From an uncultured Chloroflexia bacterium (GTDB lineage: Bacteria; Chloroflexota; Limnocylindria; Limnocylindrales; CSP1-4): a stretch of DNA of 64,000 bases. Below, one piece after another: positions 1-8,375 of the stretch. The stretch spans positions 448,001 through 512,000 of the forward strand of contig CAVYIM010000003.1 in the NCBI GenBank assembly GCA_963768655.1, read 5' to 3'. Under the pieces are notes generated by a model. It worked only from the letters and a program-made list of their open reading frames with translations, was not told where the DNA came from and ran no database searches. The position numbers were made by a program, and so were the translations under genes. The number at the start of each line of letters is the position of its first letter. Position 1 is the stretch's first letter.

Positions 1-435
1 CCCGTTCACGAGGATCCCGGACTGGTCTGATTCGGTGGCGTTGTAGGTGGTGCCAGACTCGCTGTCCGTGCCCGTGCTGAGGGTGTAGGCGCCGGTCGGC
101 GTGTACTGGGCCGTTGACGAGCCGCCGCCGGGCGCGTTGCCGCCGGGTGCAGCGCCGCCGGCCCCGTTGCCCGGAGCGCCGGAAGGGGCTGCTCCGCCAG
201 GACCGCCGGGCGCGCCGGAAGGCGGGGCGCCTCCGGGACCGCCGGGTGCCGAGCCGGACGCAGCGGCAGAGGTCGAGGGCGTGGCCGCTGCGGTGGTCGC
301 GCCCTGGCTCGAGGTGGAGCAGGCCGCCAGGACGATCGCGAGGGCGCCGGTCAGCAGGACCAGACGGGTGACCGCACGCGCTCGCGGTCGCGTCCTGGGC
401 GGGGCTGTGACGTTGGGATAAGCGTGCTCGGTCAT
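1..435 (-). CDS. Putative lipoprotein, N-terminal part (runs off the left window edge), with Gly/Pro-rich linker
   Basis: Not in the ORF track. Manual translation from ATG 435 gives MTEHAYP...RLVLLTGALAIVLAAC (lipobox), then GGPGGAPPSGAP repeats, then YTPTGAYTLSTGTDSESGTTYNATESDQSGILVNG; no stop before position 1. Confidence 0.75.
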   Translation of the reverse strand, partial: MTEHAYPNVTAPPRTRPRARAVTRLVLLTGALAIVLAACSTSSQGATTAAATPSTSAAASGSAPGGPGGAPPSGAPGGPGGAAPSGAPGNGAGGAAPGGNAPGGGSSTAQYTPTGAYTLSTGTDSESGTTYNATESDQSGILVNG

Positions 436-640
436 GTCAGGGCGGTCCTTTCGCGAGTTGTGTCAGTCTGCCCAGTTCGGGCGTCGCGAAGGGCTGGGGA
501 CGGGGCCCGGGATGTTTGGGCCTGCCCCGCGACGAGCTGATGGTTGCCGCTTCCCCCTTTCGAGAGGATTACGCTGCCCGGGCCCGGCGCGTGTCGCGCC
601 TCCGGGCCATCGAACTGTGGCGCCGACCTCTCACCGGCGG

Positions 641-687
641 TAGCATGCGCTCCTCGTCGATGAACCGACCGACCGGTCGGTCGGTTC
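641..687 (+). promoter_or_regulatory. Putative -10 box (TAGCAT 641-646) and perfect 26-bp palindromic operator (662-687) upstream of the tetR-men operon
   Basis: GAACCGACCGACC|GGTCGGTCGGTTC is a perfect inverted repeat just upstream of a TetR gene, the usual arrangement for TetR autoregulation. Confidence 0.75.
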
Positions 688-720
688 GGACGCGCGACTC
701 CACCAGCCAGGAGACAGCCG

Positions 721-1386
721 ATGCGGCGCCAGCGCTCGCAACCTGCCGATCACGGTTGCGCCAGCCGCGAGACGATCCTCGACGGCGCCTTCGAGGCGTT
801 CACGAAGGGCGGCTATCGAGACACGGCGATCGACGACATCGCGGCCGCGGCCGAGGTGTCGAAAGGCGGCATCTACCACCACTTCCCGACGAAGGAGGCG
901 ATCTTCCGCGAGCTGATGCGGACGACTGCCGACAAGCTGGTCGGGAAGGTCGAGACAGCCGTGGCGGCCGAGTCGGATCCGATCCGCAAGGCCGAAGTCG
1001 CGCTGTCGACGGTGCTCGAGGTGTTCGCCGGCCACCGGACGATGGCTCGCCTGTTCTTCGAGGCCGGCGCGGGTGGACGGGGCTTCCAGGCCGAGACGAA
1101 CGCCCTGCACGACCGATTCGCCCGACTGATCCAGTCGTACCTGGACGATGCCATAGCGCAGGGAACGATTCCGCCGACCGATACGCGCGTCACCAGCGTC
1201 GTCTGGTTCGGAGCGCTGGACGAGGTCGTAGCGCGCTGGCTGCAGGCGGAGCGCCCGGTCCGGCTCGAAGACGCGTACCCGACACTGCGGGCGCTTCTGC
1301 TGCGGAGCGTCGGCGTGGCCGAGACTACGATCGCCGCCGGTCCGCAGGCGGTGCCCCTGGCCACGTTCCCGGAGCAGCCGAAGTGA
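721..1386 (+). CDS. TetR/AcrR family transcriptional regulator
   Basis: N-terminal HTH ILDGAFEAFTKGGYRDTAIDDIAAAAEVSKGGIYHHFPTKEAIF; stop overlaps the menF start (GTGA). Confidence 0.93.
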   Translation: MRRQRSQPADHGCASRETILDGAFEAFTKGGYRDTAIDDIAAAAEVSKGGIYHHFPTKEAIFRELMRTTADKLVGKVETAVAAESDPIRKAEVALSTVLEVFAGHRTMARLFFEAGAGGRGFQAETNALHDRFARLIQSYLDDAIAQGTIPPTDTRVTSVVWFGALDEVVARWLQAERPVRLEDAYPTLRALLLRSVGVAETTIAAGPQAVPLATFPEQPK

Positions 1387-2783
1387 CGGTGCCGGCCGGA
1401 GCGACGGTGGGCGGATCGGGCGCCGGGCTGGTCGCGGCCAGCATCTTGATCGAGTCGTTCGATGCCGTCGCACTGTACGCCGCGGCGGTCGAAGTCGGCC
1501 TGGAGGCGACGCTGTGGGCTCGACCGAGCGAGAGCTTCTCTCTCGTCGGGGTCGGTCGAGCGTGGTCGATCGAACCGGCCGGACCGGAGCGGTTCCTCGA
1601 AGCGGACGCGGCCTGGCGGGAACTAGTGGACGGCGCCCGGATCTCCCGACCGGCCGACGTCCGCGGGCTCGGGCCGGTCCTGTTGGGCGGGATGGGATTC
1701 GTGGGTCGCGCGCCGGCGCCGGAGGCCGAGTGGTCGCCGTTCGGCGCGTGCTCGATGGTGGTGCCTTCGCTGGTGGCTCTCCGATCCGATACCGGGTCGT
1801 GGCTGACCACGTCGATCGCCGGCGACGGCGCGGCCGGCGGCCCGATTGCAGCCGAACTGGAGCGCACGTGGGCAAAGCTCGTCGCCCGCGCCGCCGAGCT
1901 TGCGCCGCCGGCCGCCGACCCGGCCCCGGCTCTGCCCGACGCCCCGCTCGCGATCGACGGGGAGTGGCCGACCGTCCGGCAGTGGCGCCACATCGTCGGC
2001 CTGGCCACGGGCGCCGTCGGTCGCGGCCGGATCGACAAGGTCGTGTTCGCCCGCCGGGTCGACCTGTCGTCGCCCGCCGCGCTCGACGTGCCGGGCGCCC
2101 TTCGCCGCCTCTCCGCCAGCGCGCCCGAGAGCACCGTCTTCGCCTTCCGGCGCGGGGAGGCGCAGTTCATCGGGGCCACGCCGGAGCGGCTCGTTCGCGC
2201 CGAGGGTCGGACCTATCGCACCGCCGCCGTCGCCGGCTCGATCCGGCGCGGTGCCGATGCAGCGGAGGATGCCGCCCTCGCCACCGAACTGCTGGCGTCG
2301 GAGAAGGAGCGCGAGGAGCACGCCGTAGTCGTCCGCGCGATCCGCCGCGGGCTCACGCCCATCTCCGAGCAGATCCAGATCGCCGCCGAGCCGAGCGTCC
2401 TGGTGCTTCGCCACGTCCAGCACCTCGTGACGGAGATCACGGGGACGCTGCGGGTCCAGGAAGGGCTGCTGTCTCTGGCCGGGCGGCTGCATCCCACGCC
2501 GGCCGTCGGCGGCGAGCCGCGCGACCTGGCTCTGGCGATGATCGACGAGCACGAAGGATTCGATCGGGGCTGGTACGCCGGCCCGGTCGGATGGCTGAGC
2601 GCCGACGGCGACGGCGAATTGATGGTGGCCCTCCGCTGCGGTCTGGTTCAGGATCGCTGCGTCACGCTCTACGCCGGGTGCGGCATCGTCGCCGACTCGG
2701 ACCCCGACCGCGAATGGGAGGAATCGAGGATCAAGATGCGAGCGGTGGCTGCGGCCCTGGGCCGGGCCGGGGACGAGCCGTGA
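1383..2783 (+). CDS. menF: Isochorismate synthase
   Basis: KVVFAR, GATPERL, SEKEREEH, LHPTPAVGG, RGWYAGPVGW and YAGCGIVADSDP motifs; GTG start overlaps the tetR stop; men operon context. Confidence 0.92.
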   Translation: MTVPAGATVGGSGAGLVAASILIESFDAVALYAAAVEVGLEATLWARPSESFSLVGVGRAWSIEPAGPERFLEADAAWRELVDGARISRPADVRGLGPVLLGGMGFVGRAPAPEAEWSPFGACSMVVPSLVALRSDTGSWLTTSIAGDGAAGGPIAAELERTWAKLVARAAELAPPAADPAPALPDAPLAIDGEWPTVRQWRHIVGLATGAVGRGRIDKVVFARRVDLSSPAALDVPGALRRLSASAPESTVFAFRRGEAQFIGATPERLVRAEGRTYRTAAVAGSIRRGADAAEDAALATELLASEKEREEHAVVVRAIRRGLTPISEQIQIAAEPSVLVLRHVQHLVTEITGTLRVQEGLLSLAGRLHPTPAVGGEPRDLALAMIDEHEGFDRGWYAGPVGWLSADGDGELMVALRCGLVQDRCVTLYAGCGIVADSDPDREWEESRIKMRAVAAALGRAGDEP

Positions 2784-4618
2784 GCGCGACCGGCGGCCGG
2801 CCGAGCCAGCTCCGCGCGTTCGTTGAAGAGCTTGCCAGGGCCGGGGTTCGCGACGCCGTCGTCTGTCCCGGCTCTCGTTCCACGCCGCTGGCGCTGGCGC
2901 TTCGCGCCCACGATCGCATCCGAGTCCGGGTCCTGATCGACGAACGCTCCGCAGGATTCTTCGCTCTCGGCATTGCCCGCACGACGGGGCGTGCCGTCGT
3001 TCTGCTCGGGACTTCGGGCACCGCCGCGGCCAACTTCGCGCCGGCGGTCGTGGAGGCGTCGTTGAGCCGCGTGCCACTCGTGATCCTGACCGCGGATCGG
3101 CCGGCGGAGCTGCAGGATCGCGGCGCGCCGCAGACGATCGACCAGGACCATCTTTACGGCCGCCGCGCGAAGTGGTTCGCGGGGGTCGATCTGACCGACG
3201 GGGCGCCGGACACGATGGCCCACGTCCGATCGGTGGCAGGGCGGGCGGTCGCGACGGCGGTCGAAGGGCCGGCCGGGCCGGTTCACCTGAACTTGCCGCT
3301 GCGCGAGCCGCTCATCCCGACCGAGGACCTGGGCGCGATCGAGGGCCCGATCGGGGAGCGCGACCCCGCGGCCGGCGGCGCGGCGCCTTTCGCTGCCGCG
3401 GTCTCCGGACGACGAACGCTCGAGCCCGACCAGGTCGATACGATCGCCCGGCGCCTGGCCGCCGCGAATCACGGGCTGATCGTCGCCGGCCCGCTCGACG
3501 ATCCGGCCACTCACGATCCGATCGCCCGCCTTGCCGCCGCGACCGGCTACCCGATCCTGGCCGACCCGCTCTCGGGCCTGCGCCGCGGCCCGCACGATCG
3601 CTCGCTCATCCTCTCCCACGCCGACCACATCGTCCGGCCGGGGCCTTGGATCGACGCCCATCGGCCCGAGCTCGTCGTTCGCTTCGGGGCGATGCCGACA
3701 TCCAAGCCGATCACGGAGCTGATGCGCGGCGTCGCCCCGGACCTGTTCGTCGTCGACGGCGGCGGCGGCTGGCGCGAGGCGGCGCTGGTTCCGGCCACGT
3801 TCGTTCACGCGGATGCCGCGTCGGCGGCCACGGCGCTGGCCGATGCGCTTGAGAGCGCGCGGTTGGCGGGCTCGGACCCCGGGCCGTCGCGCCGCCCCTG
3901 GACCGAGGCCTGGCTCGCGGCCGAAAGGGCCGCCGGCCGGGCCCTCGACGCCTGGCTCGATGGGCTGCGCGAGCCGTTCGAGGGGTCGCCGTTCAAGGCG
4001 CTCGGCGACGTCCTCCCGGCCGGAGCTCTGCTGTGGGCCGGCAACTCGATGCCGGTGCGCGACATGGACGCCTGGCTTCCCGCGGGCGAGCGGGCCATTC
4101 GCGTGCTCGGGAACCGCGGGGCCAACGGCATCGACGGCGTGACCTCGACCGCGCTTGGCTCGGCCGCCGTGGCCGGCGGTCCGGTCGTGCTGGTTGTCGG
4201 CGACGTCTCGTTCCTGCACGATCTCGGTGCGCTGGTCACGGCCCGACTGCACGAGGTCGATCTCATGGTCGTCCTGGTCAACAACGACGGCGGCGGCATC
4301 TTCTCGCTGCTGCCCCAGGCTCGAACGGCGGCGCCCGGAGCCGGCCTGCCGGCCCACTACGAGGAGCTATTCGGGACGCCGCACGGAATCGCGCTCGGGC
4401 CGATCGTCGAGGCGTTTGGGTTCCGGCACCGCGCCGTGGAGAGTGGCGGCTACGCGGACCTGCGCGCCGCCATCGAGGCGGAGATGGGCCGGCCGGGGCT
4501 GCGGGTGCTCGAGCTGCGGACGGCTCGGGCGCGCAACGCCGAGCTGCACGGAGCCGCGGCCGCCGCAGCGGCATCGGCCCTGGCGACGCTCGCCGGCGAA
4601 ACGGAGCGGACCCCATGA
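2780..4618 (+). CDS. menD: SEPHCHC synthase
   Basis: [59 protein letters not shown]. Confidence 0.96.
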   Translation: MSATGGRPSQLRAFVEELARAGVRDAVVCPGSRSTPLALALRAHDRIRVRVLIDERSAGFFALGIARTTGRAVVLLGTSGTAAANFAPAVVEASLSRVPLVILTADRPAELQDRGAPQTIDQDHLYGRRAKWFAGVDLTDGAPDTMAHVRSVAGRAVATAVEGPAGPVHLNLPLREPLIPTEDLGAIEGPIGERDPAAGGAAPFAAAVSGRRTLEPDQVDTIARRLAAANHGLIVAGPLDDPATHDPIARLAAATGYPILADPLSGLRRGPHDRSLILSHADHIVRPGPWIDAHRPELVVRFGAMPTSKPITELMRGVAPDLFVVDGGGGWREAALVPATFVHADAASAATALADALESARLAGSDPGPSRRPWTEAWLAAERAAGRALDAWLDGLREPFEGSPFKALGDVLPAGALLWAGNSMPVRDMDAWLPAGERAIRVLGNRGANGIDGVTSTALGSAAVAGGPVVLVVGDVSFLHDLGALVTARLHEVDLMVVLVNNDGGGIFSLLPQARTAAPGAGLPAHYEELFGTPHGIALGPIVEAFGFRHRAVESGGYADLRAAIEAEMGRPGLRVLELRTARARNAELHGAAAAAAASALATLAGETERTP

Positions 4619-5460
4619 CCCGCATCCACGTCGATGGTGCGAGCTACGAGCTGCGAACCGGCGGCGCCGGCCCGCCGCTGCTGTTGATTCACGGTTTCAC
4701 CGGCCGTGGCTCCGATTGGGCGCCGTTCCTGCCGGCGCTGAGCCAGAAGACCACGACGATCACGGTCGATCTCCTCGGCCACGGCGACTCCGACGCGCCG
4801 CCCGAACCGGCCCGTCACGCCGTCGAACGCCAGGCTGCGGACCTGGCCGCCATCCTCCGCCGGCTCGGGGCCGCGCCGGCGGCCGTGGTCGGCTACTCGC
4901 TCGGCGCTCGGGTCGCGCTCCGGATGGCAGTCGCCTCGTCCGGGGTGGTCGCCAGGCTGATGCTCGAGAGCCCGTCGGCTGGAATCGCCGATACGGCCGA
5001 GCGCGCCGCCCGCCGCGATGCCGACGAACAGCTGGCGCGGCTCCTCGATCGCGGGCGGATCGAAGCCTTCGTGGACCGCTGGGAGGAGCAGCCGCTCTTC
5101 GCGGCCGAGCAGGCGCTCGGAGACGAGATCCGGGGCCGCCTCCACGCGGCGCGCCTGCACAACCGCCCCGCTGGCCTGGCCGCATCGCTGCGCGGGGCCG
5201 GTCAGGGCGCGATGGAGCCGCTCCACGGCCGTCTCTCGGGTGTGAAGGCGCCGACCGTCGTGCTCGCCGGGGTGCTCGACGAGGCCGGCTCGGAGCGGGC
5301 TCGGGGGATCGCGGCGGGTATTCCAGGGGCGCGTCTGACCATCCTGGAAGGCGTCGGCCACGCCCCGCATCGCGAGGCTCCAGACCGCGTGGCCGAGATC
5401 CTCCTCGAGTTCATCGCTCGCCCGGCCCCGCTCCACGCCACCGAAAGGGAACCGACATGA
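4615..5460 (+). CDS. menH: SHCHC synthase (alpha/beta hydrolase)
   Basis: HGFTG, DLLGHG, GYSLGAR, LESPSAG, GH; lies between menD and menB with ATGA overlaps. Confidence 0.9.
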   Translation: MTRIHVDGASYELRTGGAGPPLLLIHGFTGRGSDWAPFLPALSQKTTTITVDLLGHGDSDAPPEPARHAVERQAADLAAILRRLGAAPAAVVGYSLGARVALRMAVASSGVVARLMLESPSAGIADTAERAARRDADEQLARLLDRGRIEAFVDRWEEQPLFAAEQALGDEIRGRLHAARLHNRPAGLAASLRGAGQGAMEPLHGRLSGVKAPTVVLAGVLDEAGSERARGIAAGIPGARLTILEGVGHAPHREAPDRVAEILLEFIARPAPLHATEREPT

Positions 5461-6290
5461 CAGACGGCACCGAGATCACCTGGACGCCGGTCGTGGAGTA
5501 CCGGGACATCCGCTACGAGCATTCCGGCACCGGCATCGCGCTCGTGACCATCAACCGTCCGGAAGTGCGCAACGCCTTCCGGCCGGAGACCGTGGCCGAG
5601 CTGATCGACGCCTTCCGACGCATTCGAGACGACGGTTCGATCGGGTGCGTCCTGCTGACCGGAGCCGGCGACAAGGCCTTCTGCTCGGGCGGAGACCTGC
5701 GCGTCAAGGGTCGCGGCGGCTACGTCGGCGAGGATGGGCTGGCGCGACTCAACGTCCTCGACCTGCAGCGCCAGATCCGATCGCTGCCGGTGCCGGTCAT
5801 CGCCCTTGTGAACGGCTTCGCGATCGGCGGTGGACACGTCCTGCACATCGTCTGCGATCTTTCGATCGCGTCGGAGGATGCCATCTTCGGCCAGGTCGGG
5901 CCGCAGGTCGGCAGCTTCGACGCGGGCTTCGGGATCGGGCTTCTGGCCCGGCTCGTCGGCGACAAGAAGGCCAAGGAGATGTGGTTCCTGTGCCGCCGCT
6001 ACGACGCACGCCAGGCGCTCGAGATGGGCCTCGTCAACGCCGTGGTGCCGCCGGAGCGGCTGCTCGCCGAGGGCGTCGCCTGGGCCGACGAGATTCTGGC
6101 CATGAGCCCGACGGCGATCCGATTCCTCAAGTCGGCGTTCCTGGTCGCCACCGACGGCCTGGCCGGTCTGCAGGAGTTCGCGGGCAACGCGACCGGCCTG
6201 TACTACACGACCGACGAAGCTCACGAGGGTTCGACGGCATTCCTCGAGAAGCGCAAGCCCGACTTCAGGCGCTTCCCCCGGCGACCGTGA
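5457..6290 (+). CDS. menB: 1,4-dihydroxy-2-naphthoyl-CoA synthase
   Basis: [54 protein letters not shown]. Confidence 0.97.
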   Translation: MTDGTEITWTPVVEYRDIRYEHSGTGIALVTINRPEVRNAFRPETVAELIDAFRRIRDDGSIGCVLLTGAGDKAFCSGGDLRVKGRGGYVGEDGLARLNVLDLQRQIRSLPVPVIALVNGFAIGGGHVLHIVCDLSIASEDAIFGQVGPQVGSFDAGFGIGLLARLVGDKKAKEMWFLCRRYDARQALEMGLVNAVVPPERLLAEGVAWADEILAMSPTAIRFLKSAFLVATDGLAGLQEFAGNATGLYYTTDEAHEGSTAFLEKRKPDFRRFPRRP

Positions 6291-6300
6291 GGCCGCGCGG

Positions 6301-7272
6301 ATGAGCGCCGCTGCCCCCGGCGCCGCTGCCCCCGGCGCCGCTGCCCCCGGCGCCGCCGCGGCGATCGATCGGCCGCCTTCGAGCCTTCGGGTCTGGCTGC
6401 TGGCGGTTCGCCCGGCCACGCTGCCGGCTTCGATCGCGCCGGTGCTCGTCGGGCTGGGCGCCGCGATCGGCTCCGGCGTCGCGTTTCGACCGGGCGCCGC
6501 GGCGGCCTGTCTCGCCGTGGGACTGCTGCTCCAGATCGCGGCCAACCTGGCCAACGACCTGGCCGATTTCCGGCGCGGCGCCGACACGCCGGATCGGATG
6601 GGACCTGTCCGCGTGGCGGCTGCGGGGCTGCTGACCGAGGGCCGGCTCGAGGTCGGGATCGGGACCGTCATCGCCGCGTCGGCGGTCTTCGGCGTGTACC
6701 TGGCCGCGGTGGGCGGACCCGGCATGCTGGTCGTGGGCGCCCTCGCGGTGATCTCCGCCCTCGCCTACACCGGAGGCCCGTGGCCCTACGGCTACCGCGG
6801 CCTGGGCGAGGTCTTCGTTTTCGTCTTCTTCGGCCTCGTCGCGACCGGCGTGACGGCGTACCTGCAAGCCGGTCGAGTCGAATGGGTGTACGTGCTCGCC
6901 GCGGTGCCGATGGGGGCGCTCATCACGGGGGTCCTGATCGTGAACAACCTGCGCGACATCCCGACGGATCGGGCGGCGGGTAAGCGGACGCTGGCGGTCA
7001 GCTTCGGCGAGGGATTCGCGAAGGCCGAGTACTACGCGACGCTGGCCGTCGCGGCAGTCGTGCCGGTGGGCCTGCTCGCGGCGCGGCTTGCCGGCCCGGC
7101 GGTATTGCTGCCTTTGCTCTCGGGGCTCATGGTTCCGCCGCTGGTGCGAGAGGTGCGGGCGGTCGGGCCGGCGTCCGATCGGCGGCGGCTGAACCTCGTG
7201 CTGAAGGGCACGGCCCGGCTGTCGCTGGCCTACGGCGTGCTGTTCGCAATCGGGCTGGCTGGACCCCGATGA
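6301..7272 (+). CDS. menA: 1,4-dihydroxy-2-naphthoate polyprenyltransferase
   Basis: RPATLPAS, NLANDLADFRRGAD, YTGGPWPYGY, NNLRDIPTDRAAGKRTL; multiple TM segments. Confidence 0.94.
   Translation: MSAAAPGAAAPGAAAPGAAAAIDRPPSSLRVWLLAVRPATLPASIAPVLVGLGAAIGSGVAFRPGAAAACLAVGLLLQIAANLANDLADFRRGADTPDRMGPVRVAAAGLLTEGRLEVGIGTVIAASAVFGVYLAAVGGPGMLVVGALAVISALAYTGGPWPYGYRGLGEVFVFVFFGLVATGVTAYLQAGRVEWVYVLAAVPMGALITGVLIVNNLRDIPTDRAAGKRTLAVSFGEGFAKAEYYATLAVAAVVPVGLLAARLAGPAVLLPLLSGLMVPPLVREVRAVGPASDRRRLNLVLKGTARLSLAYGVLFAIGLAGPR
6305..6356 (+). repeat. 15-bp tandem repeat, about 3.5 copies, encoding AAAPG at the MenA N-terminus
   Basis: GCGCCGCTGCCCCCG x3 plus a partial copy. Confidence 0.85.
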
Positions 7273-8375
7273 GCAGCACCGTCGTCGCGGCCGAGGCGAT
7301 CCGGGTTCGGGTGCCGTTCTGGCGGCCCATCCGCACGGCGGCCGGAAACTGGACTCATCGCGAATCGTGGATCCTGCGGCTGTGGGACGCCGACGGCGCG
7401 GTCGGACTTGGCGAGGCGGCTCTGGACTTCGACGCGCGGAAGGCCGCGTCGGCCGAGCTGGCCCGGCTGGTCCGCGATGTTGTCGAACGTCTGCAGTCAG
7501 TCGGTCGGTTGCCGGGTGGCAAGGAATTGGGAGCGGCCGGCGTACCGGCTCGCGCGCTGCTATGCGCGGTCGTTTCGGCCTACCACGATTTTGGCCGCGC
7601 ATTCCGGAAAAGCGTTCCTGGCGGCTCGGTGGGCGTCAACGCCACGATCGGATACCTGGAAATGCCGCAGCTGGAAGCCGCGGCACGGGACGCCGTCGCC
7701 GCCGGCTTCGGCACGATCAAGATGAAGGTCGGCCCGGAACGCGACACCGCCGAGCTGGTCGAGCGCGTGGCCGCGGTCCGGGCGGCCGCCGGCTCAGGCG
7801 CACGGCTTCGGCTCGACGCGAACGGGGCCTGGGACGTCGCCACCGCTCGCGAGCGGATCGCGGCCGTCGCGCAATTCGACATCGAATACGTCGAGCAGCC
7901 GGTGGCCCCTGGCGACCCGCGCCATCTGGCGGCCGTCAGCGATGGGTCAGCGGTGCCGATCGCCGCGGACGAATCGGTGTGCTGCGTGAAAGCCGCCCGC
8001 GAACTGCTGGACGCTGAGGCGGCCGACGTCCTTGTCGTCAAGCTGGCGCGAGTCGGCGGACAGCAGAAGGCCATGTTGATCGCTGCGCCGGCCGCTGCGA
8101 AGGGCGTGCCCGTGGTCATCTCCACGCTCTTCGAGACGGGAGTAGGCATCTCGGCCGCGCTTGGGGCGGCAGTGGCGGTGGGGGTCCCAGACCGCGTGCC
8201 GCCCAATCTCGCGGGACTGGCCCACGGCCTCGCGACGGCGGACCTGCTCGAGTCCGATCTCCTCGGGAGCCCGCTGCGGGTCATGGGCGGTCGCATGGTC
8301 GTGCCGGCGGAGATTGCGCTCGACGAGGACGCGGTCGAGCGGTACGCGGTCGAGAAGATCGGCATGCGGCCGTGA
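7269..8375 (+). CDS. menC: o-succinylbenzoate synthase (enolase superfamily)
   Basis: VNATIG, KMKVG, LRLDANGAW, YVEQP, AADES, VVK and HGLAT motifs. Confidence 0.88.
   Translation: MSSTVVAAEAIRVRVPFWRPIRTAAGNWTHRESWILRLWDADGAVGLGEAALDFDARKAASAELARLVRDVVERLQSVGRLPGGKELGAAGVPARALLCAVVSAYHDFGRAFRKSVPGGSVGVNATIGYLEMPQLEAAARDAVAAGFGTIKMKVGPERDTAELVERVAAVRAAAGSGARLRLDANGAWDVATARERIAAVAQFDIEYVEQPVAPGDPRHLAAVSDGSAVPIAADESVCCVKAARELLDAEAADVLVVKLARVGGQQKAMLIAAPAAAKGVPVVISTLFETGVGISAALGAAVAVGVPDRVPPNLAGLAHGLATADLLESDLLGSPLRVMGGRMVVPAEIALDEDAVERYAVEKIGMRP

Noticed and set aside
6305-6356. 15-bp tandem repeat in menA as a phase-variation switch
   Set aside because: Unit length is a multiple of three and only alters a low-complexity N-terminal tail.
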